In this document: one piece after another, positions 38,078 through 52,689 of the stretch
Layout: every line of letters begins with the position of its first letter
How positions within the stretch are numbered: position 1 is the stretch's first letter
Source: Adineta vaga
Lineage: Eukaryota > Animalia > Rotifera
Assembly (NCBI GenBank): GCA_021613535.1
Contig: CP075495.1
Span: 2,728,001 to 2,792,000, forward strand
Length of the DNA: 64,000 bases
Direction: 5' to 3'
Program-made: the position numbers and the translations under genes
The notes under the pieces: model-generated
The model's database searches: none
What the model was told of the DNA's origin: nothing
Seen by the model: the letters and a program-made list of their open reading frames with translations, nothing else

Positions 38078-40655
38078 ATGTCAACAAATGATTCGAAATT
38101 ATTTTCATCAATTAAATATTATACAACAGGTTTTCGTGATTCATCAACTGAAACAGATTTTAAACGGCAAGGTGCTACACGATTATTTTATTTAACAGAA
38201 AAAACAACACATGTCATTTGTGATGATTTTTCGAGTAATAAAGATGAATTAGAACAAGCTATTGAAATCTATCAGACACCAATTGTTACATCTGATTGGA
38301 TAACAGCTTGTTTAAAAGCCAATGAATTGTTACCAGTTGATTCCTATCGTAGTGAAAATCATACAAGTACAATCACGACAACAACTCCGAATGATGAAGA
38401 TAAACATAAACGTCTATTTAAATCAATGACATTTGCAAATGCAAATTTACTTAATAATGATCATAATAAAATCTATGCACTAGTCACATATTATGGTGGT
38501 CGATGGATAGCAAGTTTAGATAGTTTTATTTGTACACATATTATATGTGCAACAGCAATAACAACGAAAGATAAAATTGGTGATGCAAATAATAATCATG
38601 AACATTCAGATGAACGTTTACAAGATGCTTATGATATACAATCGGAAAAAGTACGTTTAATTACACCAGATTGGATTATTGACTGTATTAATGGCAATAA
38701 TTTATTAGATGAAGCAAATTATCATCCAGATTTACTTGGCAAGTCAGATACTACAATAGATATTGATGATGAAGATGATAATGCAATGGATATAGGAACA
38801 GCAACAAAAGTATTAAATTTAATACTAGTAGAAATCGATGTTTGTTTATTTGTTTTATTTAGGATTCGAAACAAACAAAATCTTTTCAATCGAAACGATC
38901 ATTAACATCAACAGCACCTCAACGTACTTCTAAATTTAGTTCAACTATAAATCATAATGGTCATAATAAAGATAATAACAATTCCCTATCAACTTTCGAA
39001 GAAAAACTAATTCGTCCATCTATTTCCGCAAATCTTGAAAATTATAAATCTCATTTACAATTATCTCGTCATGCACCAGCAGAAACACGTTCATATGAAT
39101 TAAATTATTCCATACAAGATAAACATGAACAAATACCTTCATCTCAATGTTTATTAGGATGTGTTATATATATCGATGAAAATGAATATTCTACAACGGT
39201 ATCGAAAAGTGATCTCTCAACTTGGTCACAAATGATAACAAAACATGGTGCTACTGTTACAACTGATATTACAAATATGAATTTAACACATTTTGTCTGT
39301 GCATATACAACAAGTGATCTTTTTCGACAAGTTTCAAAACGTGGAAGTGTTCGAATGGTGACAGCACATTGGCTTAATGATGTTTTACAGAAGAAGAAAT
39401 TATTTGTTCCTAATTTAGCTATACATTATCCAACAAAATATAATCCAAGTGAACCAGAAAAATTACCATTAATTAAAGCTAATATTACAATTACAGGATT
39501 TGAAGGTATTTAGAAAATCCATCTATCAGTATCGTAAAATGAATTATTTCTATTTTAGGTCTTGAACGTGCTCGTCTTCGTTATATGATTCGTTCCTTAG
39601 GCGGAAAATATACTGGTCATCTCGGTCGATGGCATACACATGTAATTGCATATGAAAGTGGTACGAGTGATAAATATTTGAAAGCATTACAATGGTCAAT
39701 ACCAGTTGTGAATGGTCTATGGTTATCTGAATTATTCTTGGGTAATACCAATGCACTTAAAGATCCGTTAGATGATCGTTTTCGACGTCTTAGTGGTGCA
39801 CCAGTTATAGATCATTTTTCATTTGATCAAAGTTTTGTTCATGATTTACTTCTACCATGGTCTCAACCAATTCGTATAACAGATGATATTCTTCAAGCAG
39901 CTATACGTCGTCATAATGAACAACAAAATTCTTCCTACGATAATGATTACATGAAAAGTTCCTATGATTCAACGAATCCATTAATTGATTCTGTTATTTC
40001 ATCTAATGGTCCATTATTAATTATGCTCAGTGGTTTCAATGCTAAACAATTAAATCATTATGAAGGAATCATTAAATCTCTTGGCGGAAAAATTTCGACA
40101 TTACCCAATTATACTACACATTTAGTTATGAATAAATTCTTACGAACAGAAAAATTATATGAATGTATGGGTTACGTTTCTCATATAACAAATAAAAAAT
40201 GGTTAGATAAATGTTCAGAAGCCAAAGAATTTCTTTCTGTTGACGAGTCAGATTGGTGTATCGATGATGAATTAAAACCACCACGAAATTTATTAAAACA
40301 ATCTCTTGAAAAACGTTTTAATCGAAAAAATAAACCATTATTTACAGGTTATACATTTTTCTTAACACCATCTGTTCAACCATCACAAATAACATTGAAA
40401 TCAATTATATATTCTCATGGTGGAAATGTTCGTCGAGATTTTCCAACTATTAAACAATTAACAACTTATGATGAACAAACGAAAATACCGAATTGTTTAA
40501 TTCTTACATGTGATATTGATAAATTGTTATTAAAAGATTTACATAAACATAATAATACTGATTTTGAAATCAAAATTTTATCCATGGATTTTGTACTTGA
40601 AAGTATTGTTCAACAAGAAGTTCTTAATATTGATACCTTTGTCGTGAAAGTATAA
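38078..40655 (+). CDS. PAXIP1: PAX-interacting protein 1 (PTIP), six BRCT domains (exons 38078-38809, 38863-39505, 39559-40655; ~823 aa)
   Basis: Three BRCT pairs (THVIC..WI; CTHIIC..TPDWIIDC; VTAHWLNDVL; KYLKALQWSIPVVNGLWL; MLSGF..RTEKL; FFLTPSVQP). Confidence 0.85.
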
Positions 40656-40850
40656 TTCAACATTTCTTTCCTTTTTCTCGTAATTGAATTACATTTGTCT
40701 GATATTTGTAATAACTTCTTCCTTTTTTTTTCGTATCTAAACTGTCTTTTGTCATATATAATTTGTATAAAAGAAACGAAGTTTCATTCGTATGAATGTT
40801 GTTTGATAAAATATAATAAAACAATGGATGATTTTTTTTTCTTCTTTCAG

Positions 40851-41917
40851 ATGTTTGGTTTTCCTACAGATTTATTCGGTATACACGGTGGAAATAACCG
40901 TCGTTCGAATAGTAATTCATTGGTACCACATCAACCATCACTATTTGGTAATTCTTTTATGATGCCAACACCATTTGGAGGTATGAATGGATTATTTAAT
41001 GATTTTGGTATCAATTCATCACCATTTGCAATGATGGATCGAATGATGCGTGCAACAAATGATTCATTATTTCTTGGAGGCAATAATAATACAAGTGGAC
41101 CTATGCATTCATTTACATCGACAACAGTTATGTCCTATAGTGGAACAAATGGACAACCGAAAGTTTATCAAGAAACAACATCACATACGCGAGGACCTGG
41201 TGGATTAGAAGAAACACGACAAGCTATTCGAGATAGTGAACATGGAATTAATAAGGTGAGTTCTATTCTTCATCGCATGCGAAAGACAGAATGAAGTGAT
41301 GAACAAAATATGAAAATATTTGACTAATTATGATTTATAATTTTGAGAGTTAGCAAAGTTTCGATTGTAACATTGTCACTGCTATATAGACGTGATATTT
41401 CTAGGTACAAATTGGTCATCGAATTGGTGAACGTAAACATATGATTGAACGAGAGATGAATGCTGAAACAGGTCAGATATCAGAAAATGTTGAACTTGAA
41501 AATCTTGATGAAGAGGAAACGGATAGCTTCAAACAAGAATGGCGTGAACGTTCAGCTCGAGCTGGTCTTTCTCGTCATTCTCATCATCCATATCGTCACC
41601 AAATTCCTTCCAATCGTCATCATTATCATCATCCAACATCAGGATCACATCGACCACAATTAGCAATTGAACATGGACCATCATCGACATCCGTATCTAA
41701 TCGATATCGTCAGAAACCTCCCAAACAGACGCATAATTTCTCTCAACGACCATCATATCATCATTCAGATACAATTGATCTAACAAATGATTCACCAATT
41801 ATTGAAGAAGTAGATGACACTGAACAGTTATCATTACCTCGACCATTGTCAGTCAAACGTAAATCATCATCAACTGATCTTGATAATCAAAGAAAATATC
41901 GACAAAATCGATTTTAA
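40851..41917 (+). CDS. MLF: Myeloid leukemia factor homolog (exons 40851-41255, 41405-41917)
   Basis: HSFTSTTVMSYS..GQPKVYQETT..RGPGGLEETRQAIRDSEHGINK|VQIGHRIGERKHMIER..NLDEEE..FKQEW, the Mlf1IP-domain signature. Confidence 0.9.
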
Positions 41918-43059
41918 ACAAATCAAATCATATCCATTCATTGTTTACTTCTCATTTGTACAATTCCTTCATTCTTCTTCTTCTTCAATTAAGCGTAATA
42001 CAATCGTTAAAGTTGTTTTTTCTTTCTTTCTCTCTTTCTGATATTCTTCTTTCTTTGTATAGGAAGAACATTCTCATTTGTTGTTCTCTTCAGTTACTAT
42101 ATAGGTTCATTCTCTTTATTTCTTATATCAAAACTTGAAAGAGTATAGTAGCAGATATGAAAACAAAAAAATCAAACAGCAATAGAAGAAAAAACGAACA
42201 GAACCTATGCATGTATACATCCTATTTATTTATTTATTTTCTTTTGCTTGTGTTTAACTTTGATTGTATGTGTATGGAAGAAAGAAAAAGATCGAATGTA
42301 TTGTTCTTTTTTTTCTTTTCACAGATTTAAAACTAATAAATACATTGACTACTTACGTAAAATTTCTATTTGCTTGATGTTATATACATATACATTCATT
42401 TTTAGTATTATGGGCTCTGCCTACCTCAACAGCCTTTTTCATCTAATCGGTATTATTATTTGTCTACGAGAATAGAAATATAAGGTATGTTTGATTCTTA
42501 CATCATATTCTTTCGAGATCCTATGATCTATTTGTAGAAGGTAATTTTTTTTAACAACTATGACACATCTAGACATAATTTACCCTTGATACAATTCGAA
42601 ATCTTATCGTTCTTCTCTTTCTCTTGGTTATAATTCATTTTATCGTTTGTACACTATTTTGCGAAAGTAGAAAGAACAAAAAAAGAAAGGAAGAGACTTT
42701 ATTTGTTTATGTATGTAGCGATCGTGCTCAAGGCAATTATATCATAAATTGATGGGTGAGATGTATGTTGGAATAAGGACAACATTTTTTTTAATCATTA
42801 AAACTAGAGCAAGTTCCCATAACTGCCTCCGTGAAGTTTTTTTTTTCATTCTCTTCCCTCCTACCTATGATGATGATGATGATGATGTTGATGATTCATC
42901 TCAGAATATTTTTCTTTCTGTATTAGGAATAATCATCGATGAAAAAAAACTCCGACCCTACTTATGATTGTGCCATGATTTCTATTCTAAAAGAACGTAA
43001 AAGTATAAAAATGAGTAAATAGAATCTAGTTTTATTTTGAATTGAAAAAGAAACTAATC

Positions 43060-45720
<2,661 letters not shown>

Positions 45721-46265
45721 AACATAGATTTATTCTTCTCTTTTTCTCTGTTACTCTGTATATTTTCGTTAACATCCAAAACATTTTTTCTCTCTTTCAG
45801 TTCAAAAGGATATCTTCAATCAAAAGAAAAAAAAATACTCCATACATATATATATATATATACTAACATATATTGATTAGTTTGTTGTCTCATATATTCA
45901 CTTGTTAATTATATATTCAAACATACGAATCTATTGAAATTCTTCCTATTGATCTGTTTCATTCTGTGATTTTTATACAGTTTTCTTTCTCTTTTTTGGT
46001 TATTTCATATCTCATTCTTATCAGCATCCAAACAATTGTAATTGCTTGATATGAACTACAAATCTTTTCCAACAAGAACAATCAAGCAATTATATCAGCA
46101 ATTTTTCTTTCTTTTTTAACGTTTTCTACGGTATTCCATCCAGTGTCAAATAATGTTACCTCCTGTCTTCTCTTCTTTTACTTCTCATTCAGCTTTTCGC
46201 AAAAAAGAAAATAAACTAAAACTTACCATACATACATCAGATAGATAACATCGTTTCTTTTCTAG

Positions 46266-47655
46266 ATGTGGAGTTTTAATTGGAATTCTGTTGATGATTC
46301 AACGTGAGTAAAACATATATTTTTATCCACATTTGAACATGTATATGTCTATCATTATTAGATTTCAAGGACATTTACATAAATATACAAATGCATTCAA
46401 AGGATATCAAAGTCGATATTTTGTATTAGATACACCAACAAAATGTTTACTTTATTTTATGGTAGAAAAGTTTAAATTGCTTATATTTGTCATCTACGTA
46501 TATAATTCTTTGTTTTCTAGCCATATGAAGTTCGAAAGAAAGGTCCACGAGGTGTTATCGAATTAACAGATTGTTGGATATCACCATCAAATGAAGATGA
46601 TGTAACCTTTACGGTGCAAACAGGAAGTGGAGAAACTTTTCGATTTCGAGGTATAATTGATTTTTCTATCTGTATAAATTTTAGAATTATTAGTTTCTTC
46701 TACTTTATTTAGCAATTGATGCAAAAGAAAGACAAAAATGGATTGATAAACTGCGAACATGTTCGGGATCAAACGGTGCTGAAACTGTACGTAGGAGAGA
46801 TTGAATAGAAGCTTATTTTTAATGTAGATTCGTTTAGTTTGTATCATCATTACCAACGCCAAGAGCTAGTTTGATCAATACATCATCAATATCATCTAGT
46901 GATACTCAAACTCGTTCATCAAATCGACGAGATTCCAAGTATGATTTAATAATGATAACATTTTTTATATCTGTATATATTTCTTACAATTTTAATAAAG
47001 AATTTATCATCATCAACAAACATTAAAAGAAATGAAAGAAGTTATACGTTGCATAGAAGTTAGTCAACGTGATTTTGTCGAAACAATCGAGGTATTGATT
47101 CTTTATATTGATTTCTTCTTACTTATTAATCGCTCATATTTTGTAGTCAATTCCTGATACAAATCATTTTCATGCTCGCTCAAAAGTACGTACGAAAATC
47201 ATTTTCTATTTTCTCTTTGATTCATTCGATTTTTTCATCTTAGGATATGTTACTACTCCGTTCCATTTCTCGTTCATGTATCAATTCATTGCAAGATAGT
47301 TTAATTATTCTTACTAAAAGAAGGTTTGAATTCTTTACTTTATTTTTGAGAAATATTTCATTCAAAAAGTTATTTATTTTTGTATCTATATAGAGTACCA
47401 GATGTTGAAGTTCGTTCTCCATCTACACCGTCCACTCCTGCACCACAACCATCAACAACAATGCCAAATCTATCTGGTAAACAATTAAGTCAATCATATA
47501 ACAGTAGTTCTAGTGGTAAATCGAGTTTAACAGTTGGTTTATCCTCCTCCCCATCAAATTCATATTCGACTTTGAATAAAAGTTCAAGGTATATTTGATT
47601 GAAATATGAGATGATATTGTTTTTTCTCTCTAGTCTCGGCGGTCTCAATCAATAA
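46266..47655 (+). CDS. PH-domain protein with OSBP-related (ORP9/10/11-type) PH domain and Ser-rich tail; no lipid-binding ORD seen
   Basis: FQGHLHKYTNAFKGYQSRYFVLD...PRGVIEL..ISPSNEDDVTFTV..GETFRFRAIDAKERQKWIDKLR. Small exons end in SLGGLNQ* (TAA 47653-47655). Confidence 0.72.
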
Positions 47656-47824
47656 TGAAAGCTGATGTTAGTCCAGTCAAACATTCTCGTTATTCTATAT
47701 ATCTGATGAATTATGTCAACTCATAAGATTTTAAACGATCATTTTGTTTTTTTTCTACAACGAATCTGTTTATCTCATGCGCAATAGAGCATCACCTACT
47801 TTGTTTTTCAATTTTTATAATATA

Positions 47825-47860
<36 letters not shown>

Positions 47861-47868
47861 TATATATA
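47825..47868 (+). repeat. (TACA)7 + (TA)n compound microsatellite
   Basis: Directly visible, 20 nt upstream of the MAP10 ATG. Confidence 0.9.
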
Positions 47869-47888
47869 GAATCTCCTTATATTTTTAG

Positions 47889-50240
47889 ATGCCAGGAACG
47901 ATGACTGAAAATGAACATCCATTGAGTCTTCTTTCAATTGAAGTACTCATTAGTGATGTTCAAATTGATTTAAATATCGAATGTCATCTTCCATGTATGG
48001 TTTTTCGTTTACTCGATTATCCAGCAGTATCTATACCATATTTTGATCAATGGCAAGTCGAAGAATTTCATAATTTAAAACGTGAACATCCACATGTTTC
48101 TTGGCGTCAATTATTATCCGATCAATTTTATGAACTTCGTTCAGCAAATGGAAATTTTCAATTTAAACGTGGTAAATCATGTTTATTTAAAACTTACTTA
48201 AAAACAATATATGCACATTTATTAAATGTACCATTATTTCTGTTACTTATTGATCAAATCAATGATAAAGGTACGAATGAAAATACCAGTCAATTTATTG
48301 GTAGTTGTAATATTAAACTCAATGAATTAATTGAAATGTTAAATCAATCGATTCTAAAAAATGGAAATGATATACCACTTGTTGAACAGCAAACATTTCA
48401 TTCAACACTTTTTAATTTAATGGGTACTCCGATTGGAACTTGTAATGCTGCTGTTCGATTTTGTCATTATGGAACAACGATTTTAACACAGTTACCGATG
48501 CTTGATGAACAAATAGCAACAAAAATCGAAACAAAGTAAGTTCATTACTATTCGTATTTTTATTTATACGTTTGTTTGTTTCATTAGACCTGCAAATGAG
48601 ATTAAAGAACAAATCACTGAACCATCAGCAAAACCAATTCAACCAGCTATGGATACATTTGTTAAACACATTCAGTTTGTTAATGAAAAGAAAGATATTG
48701 GTCTACAAATATCTCGTAGTGAAATTCCATTACCAATATCCAATCAGGATAAATCAGCTCAAACACGTTGGACAAGTACAAAAAATCATCCAATTCGACA
48801 TCATCATTCAAAACATAGATCTGTACGTCCTATCGATGACATTTTACATGATGATCTTCTCATTGCTGCGTATCAACCACCACCACTTTATTTTAATTCT
48901 AATTCTGATTTTCTTCAAATGATGACACCTATCAATGCAAAACAGGTTCATGATGCAAAAGAAAATCGTTTATCATATCTTGCTTCAATTCCAATTGCTG
49001 GTTTCAATGATGATGATGATGATGATAATGATGATGACGAAAAACAACAACGATCAAAAGGGAAAAGTCCACACAATGTACGTTTTAATCTATCATCATC
49101 ATCACCATCACCACCAATTACACCTCGAACACAAGTACCACCAAAACCAAATATATTAACACAAGATTTTCTTCATAATTTTCCACTTCTTCGTGCATTA
49201 GTTGAAGAAGCATTCGCTTTACAACAACAACATCATGAACATAATATACCTATACCACTTCAACGTGCCGTATTTGCTGAACGACCCCATTCTGTAAATC
49301 AACAAGGTTCAAGAAAATTGAAACAAAGTCCAACTCGATCGAAATCTGCACTTATACCTCGTTCAATTAGAACAAAATCTGTTATTGTACCAAGGAATAT
49401 CAATAATAATCGTCGATTATATCCACGCCCACCAGAAACAAGACCAATGGTAGTAACAAAAACCGAAGTAAGAAATCTAGTTGATCGACTCTCCAAACCA
49501 AAATTCAACAAACGACTCGAAAGAGAAATTGCCATTGCTGAACAAATAACACCACGAGAAGAACCTATTGTAACTCCACGTCTTCCATCGAAATCTATTT
49601 CTACTGCAACTAATGAGAAAAAAGTAGTTTCACAAAAACCACCTCTTTCCTATGGTACAACACGTGCTCAACGATTATATACTGAATATGCTCGAGCTCG
49701 CCGCGCTGCAATCGAATCACAAACAAGCTCATCACCTAAAACTCCAACTACTCCACGAAAAGAATCATCAACGAATAGTCAAATTCCACCGACATCACCT
49801 CAATTATTGAATACAGGCACATTATCACATTTTTCTCTTTTGAATAAAGTTGATATCGATACAGCAACAATAGAACGAAACAGTTTTCCACAAGCTGCAT
49901 CCGAAGAAATACAACAGAATACTGGTCCAGGTACAAAATCATCATCAACGACAAGTCAAGATGTATCATTTGAATTAAATAAAACAACGACAAAATCATC
50001 CTCGTCATCCTCCTCCTCATCATCGTCCTCTTCAACAACACCTGAACCAACATTACCGGAACATAATCAACAAAATGAGGAAAGAAATGAATTAGGCTTT
50101 TCTATTACTGATGTTACCGATTAGTATGTATTATTTGTTAGATTTTCTTCGATTTTTGATAAACATACTACTTTAATTTTAGTTTTACTGATGGTGGAAA
50201 TAATTCCAGTACTCGTCCATCACCACGACAATCTACATAA
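47889..50240 (+). CDS. MAP10: Microtubule-associated protein 10 (KIAA1383)-like (exons 47889-48535, 48589-50123, 50183-50240)
   Basis: N-terminal PCMVFRLLDYPA...FKRGKSCLF...L.NVPLFLLL...LFNLMG domain; YQPPPLYF; FPLLRALVEE; LSYGTTRAQRL. Confidence 0.72.
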
Positions 50241-50737
50241 TTCCGTCCAATACATTCGAAAATGAGAATGAACGTCAGATCAATACATTTAGTTCGATAA
50301 AAATATATCCGTCCATAGAATTCACCAAATATTTGTCTTATTTTCTTTGAATATCAGTATTTCAGGCGTTTTTAATGCAGAGTGTTTTTTTTGTAGTACT
50401 CAAGTTTTTTACTGTAATGAATGGGAATTTTTGTTCTTCTTTACTTAATAAATCGATATCAATAAATTCAAATAAGACTTTAATAATAAAAGAAGAGTAA
50501 CGATCAACTATTGCTAGTTTCATTACAAGTTTTCTTTTAGCTATAAAACGAATTTATCAACATAGCACATATCGTATGTCTTACCAAATATAATTCTTCT
50601 GAAAGAAAAAAATTACACATGAGATTATCAATACCATCACCGTGAAGACGTCTGTTGTATATAACGGCGTATTTAAGAATCAGTCAACTTGAACATTGCT
50701 CAATCACCAAAATTTTTGAATAAAACAATTTCAGGAC

Positions 50738-50960
50738 AATCGCATTTCATCTTCCAAATGACATGGGTATATACATATATGAGATAGAAAGAATAGATCA
50801 TCGCCTATAATAGAAGTGCCCATAATTCTTTAGTTTTAAAGAAAGAGTTTCAAGAAAGAGTTTAATACAAACACCTACTGCATCAAACAATTTCTATCGA
50901 ATGTGTACCAAGACATTACAGGTAACATCATGTCAAACACTTTGTCGATGAAATGCGATT
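50738..50960. repeat. Imperfect inverted repeat (14-bp exact arm plus 7-bp inner arm)
   Basis: aatcgcatttcatc (50738-50751) pairs with gatgaaatgcgatt (50947-50960); tgacatg (50759-50765) pairs with catgtca (50929-50935). Confidence 0.55.
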
Positions 50961-51617
50961 CTATATTTCAATTTCAAACTACAACTGATGATTTTTAGCT
51001 GATTTGCACAGCATTGACAGAATTTCTTCAGAATAAAATACTGTAATATCGAGTTCTTTATATGAAAAAAAGTACGGAAATATGTATACATTCTTCCAGA
51101 GAGGTGTGCCTCTTCTTCGTCAGCTCGCATTCTTTGACTCGATATGATATTCAGCACTATGCACTAATTGTTTGTTTTTTCTTCCATATCTGAAGTTTAT
51201 TATCATTTTCGTTACATGAAAATCTTTGGATAATTTATTTGAGTGACGATAACGAAGAGTATCGATTCTCTCTAATATTAACTAGAAAATGGCTTTCCGT
51301 TAGCAATATTTGAAATCTATTTAACTATCGACTTCTTTTCATTTTTTTCATATAAAAAATAAAATAACATTTAGAGATATACCAATACACTCAGTTCAGT
51401 TTTCATCCGTGTACTAAAAGTCCTTCCTTATTTCGAATAAGAACAGAACGACACAATCATCAATATTCCATGTTAATTGAATGATAATGATCATGCTATC
51501 GTTTAATGACGAGTGTCAATTAAGAACATTGTTCTACATTCTGTTTTGGGAAAAGAGACATTACTCATTAAATACATAATCATTCGTCATTTATTATCTC
51601 AATAAAGAACAGTATTC

Positions 51618-51626
51618 TATATAAAA
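51618..51626 (+). promoter_or_regulatory. TATA box of homeobox gene
   Basis: TATATAAAA ~60 nt upstream of ATG 51687. Confidence 0.5.
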
Positions 51627-51686
51627 GTTGAATAATTTTCGAAATCCACTATCACAAACTCTTCTTCTACCTTCTATTCAACAAAC

Positions 51687-52342
51687 ATGAACAATCAATA
51701 CTTTCCATCGTACGATTATTCTTTTGAATATTCTTCTCCGTCAACATCCACTTATTATGGTTCACCATTTATACCTTCAACTTGTCCACTTCATTCACCT
51801 CAGACGTTTTATACATCCACAGTGTCACCAATGAATTTATCACCTATGCCATATACATATCAACAACCACAACAATCACAAACGCGAGTATATTCTTCTT
51901 CAATTCAAACACGTATGTATCAAAACTTTTATTTTTCTAACCTATGAACAATTGATAATGAAGTAAGAGAATAGATTATTTTGCATCACATTTTGTTCAC
52001 TCGATTGTATAACGTAATAAAATATTAAATATAATATCTGTTCTTTTCTAGATTCTGCTATTGATCGTACACCTCTTCGTCGTCATCAATGTTTCCGAAA
52101 GAACGAACTTCAAATACTTCATCAAGCATATAGTCGTGATGCACATCCATCAACTGACATTCTACGACAACTTGCTGTGCAATTGAATGTTTCAATTGAT
52201 AAAGTTCGCGTAAGTTGTTTCCATATTCTTCCGATTCTTGATTGTCTAAAGTTTAATATGTGTTTTGTAGCAATGGTTCAAAAATCGACGTCATAGTGAT
52301 AAACAAAAACGACGAGAAATTCAATCTTCTAAAAGCACTTAA
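51687..52342 (+). CDS. Small divergent K50 homeodomain protein, PRD-class-like (exons 51687-51912, 52052-52209, 52271-52342)
   Basis: Spliced homeodomain PLRRHQCFRKNELQILHQAYSRDAHPSTDILRQLAVQLNVSIDKVR|QWFKNRRHSDKQKR; S/P/Y-rich N-terminus; AATAAA at ~52393. Confidence 0.82.
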
Positions 52343-52689
52343 TTATATTTTATTTTTAATTTAATGTTATTTATTTATTTATTTATTTATGTAATAAAAA
52401 ATAGTTGAATAAAACTCACACTAAAATGAACAGAATTATAAACAATGTTTAATTACTAACGATTTCGATTTGTATAGGTATTCTTGTCTGAGAGTGACCT
52501 CTTGTTCTATGTGAAACGATTTCGTTCTAAATTCGATTGGCGAATGAAATAATTGTATTGTCTCGAAAAAGAAGAAAGGATCGTACATATTTAGTTCGTT
52601 TGTTCAGATTCAAACAATTTACTGAATAGATTTTCTTTTCTGTCTTTCTCTCTCACCAAAAAAGAATCATTTTTTCCGATTCCGAAAGA

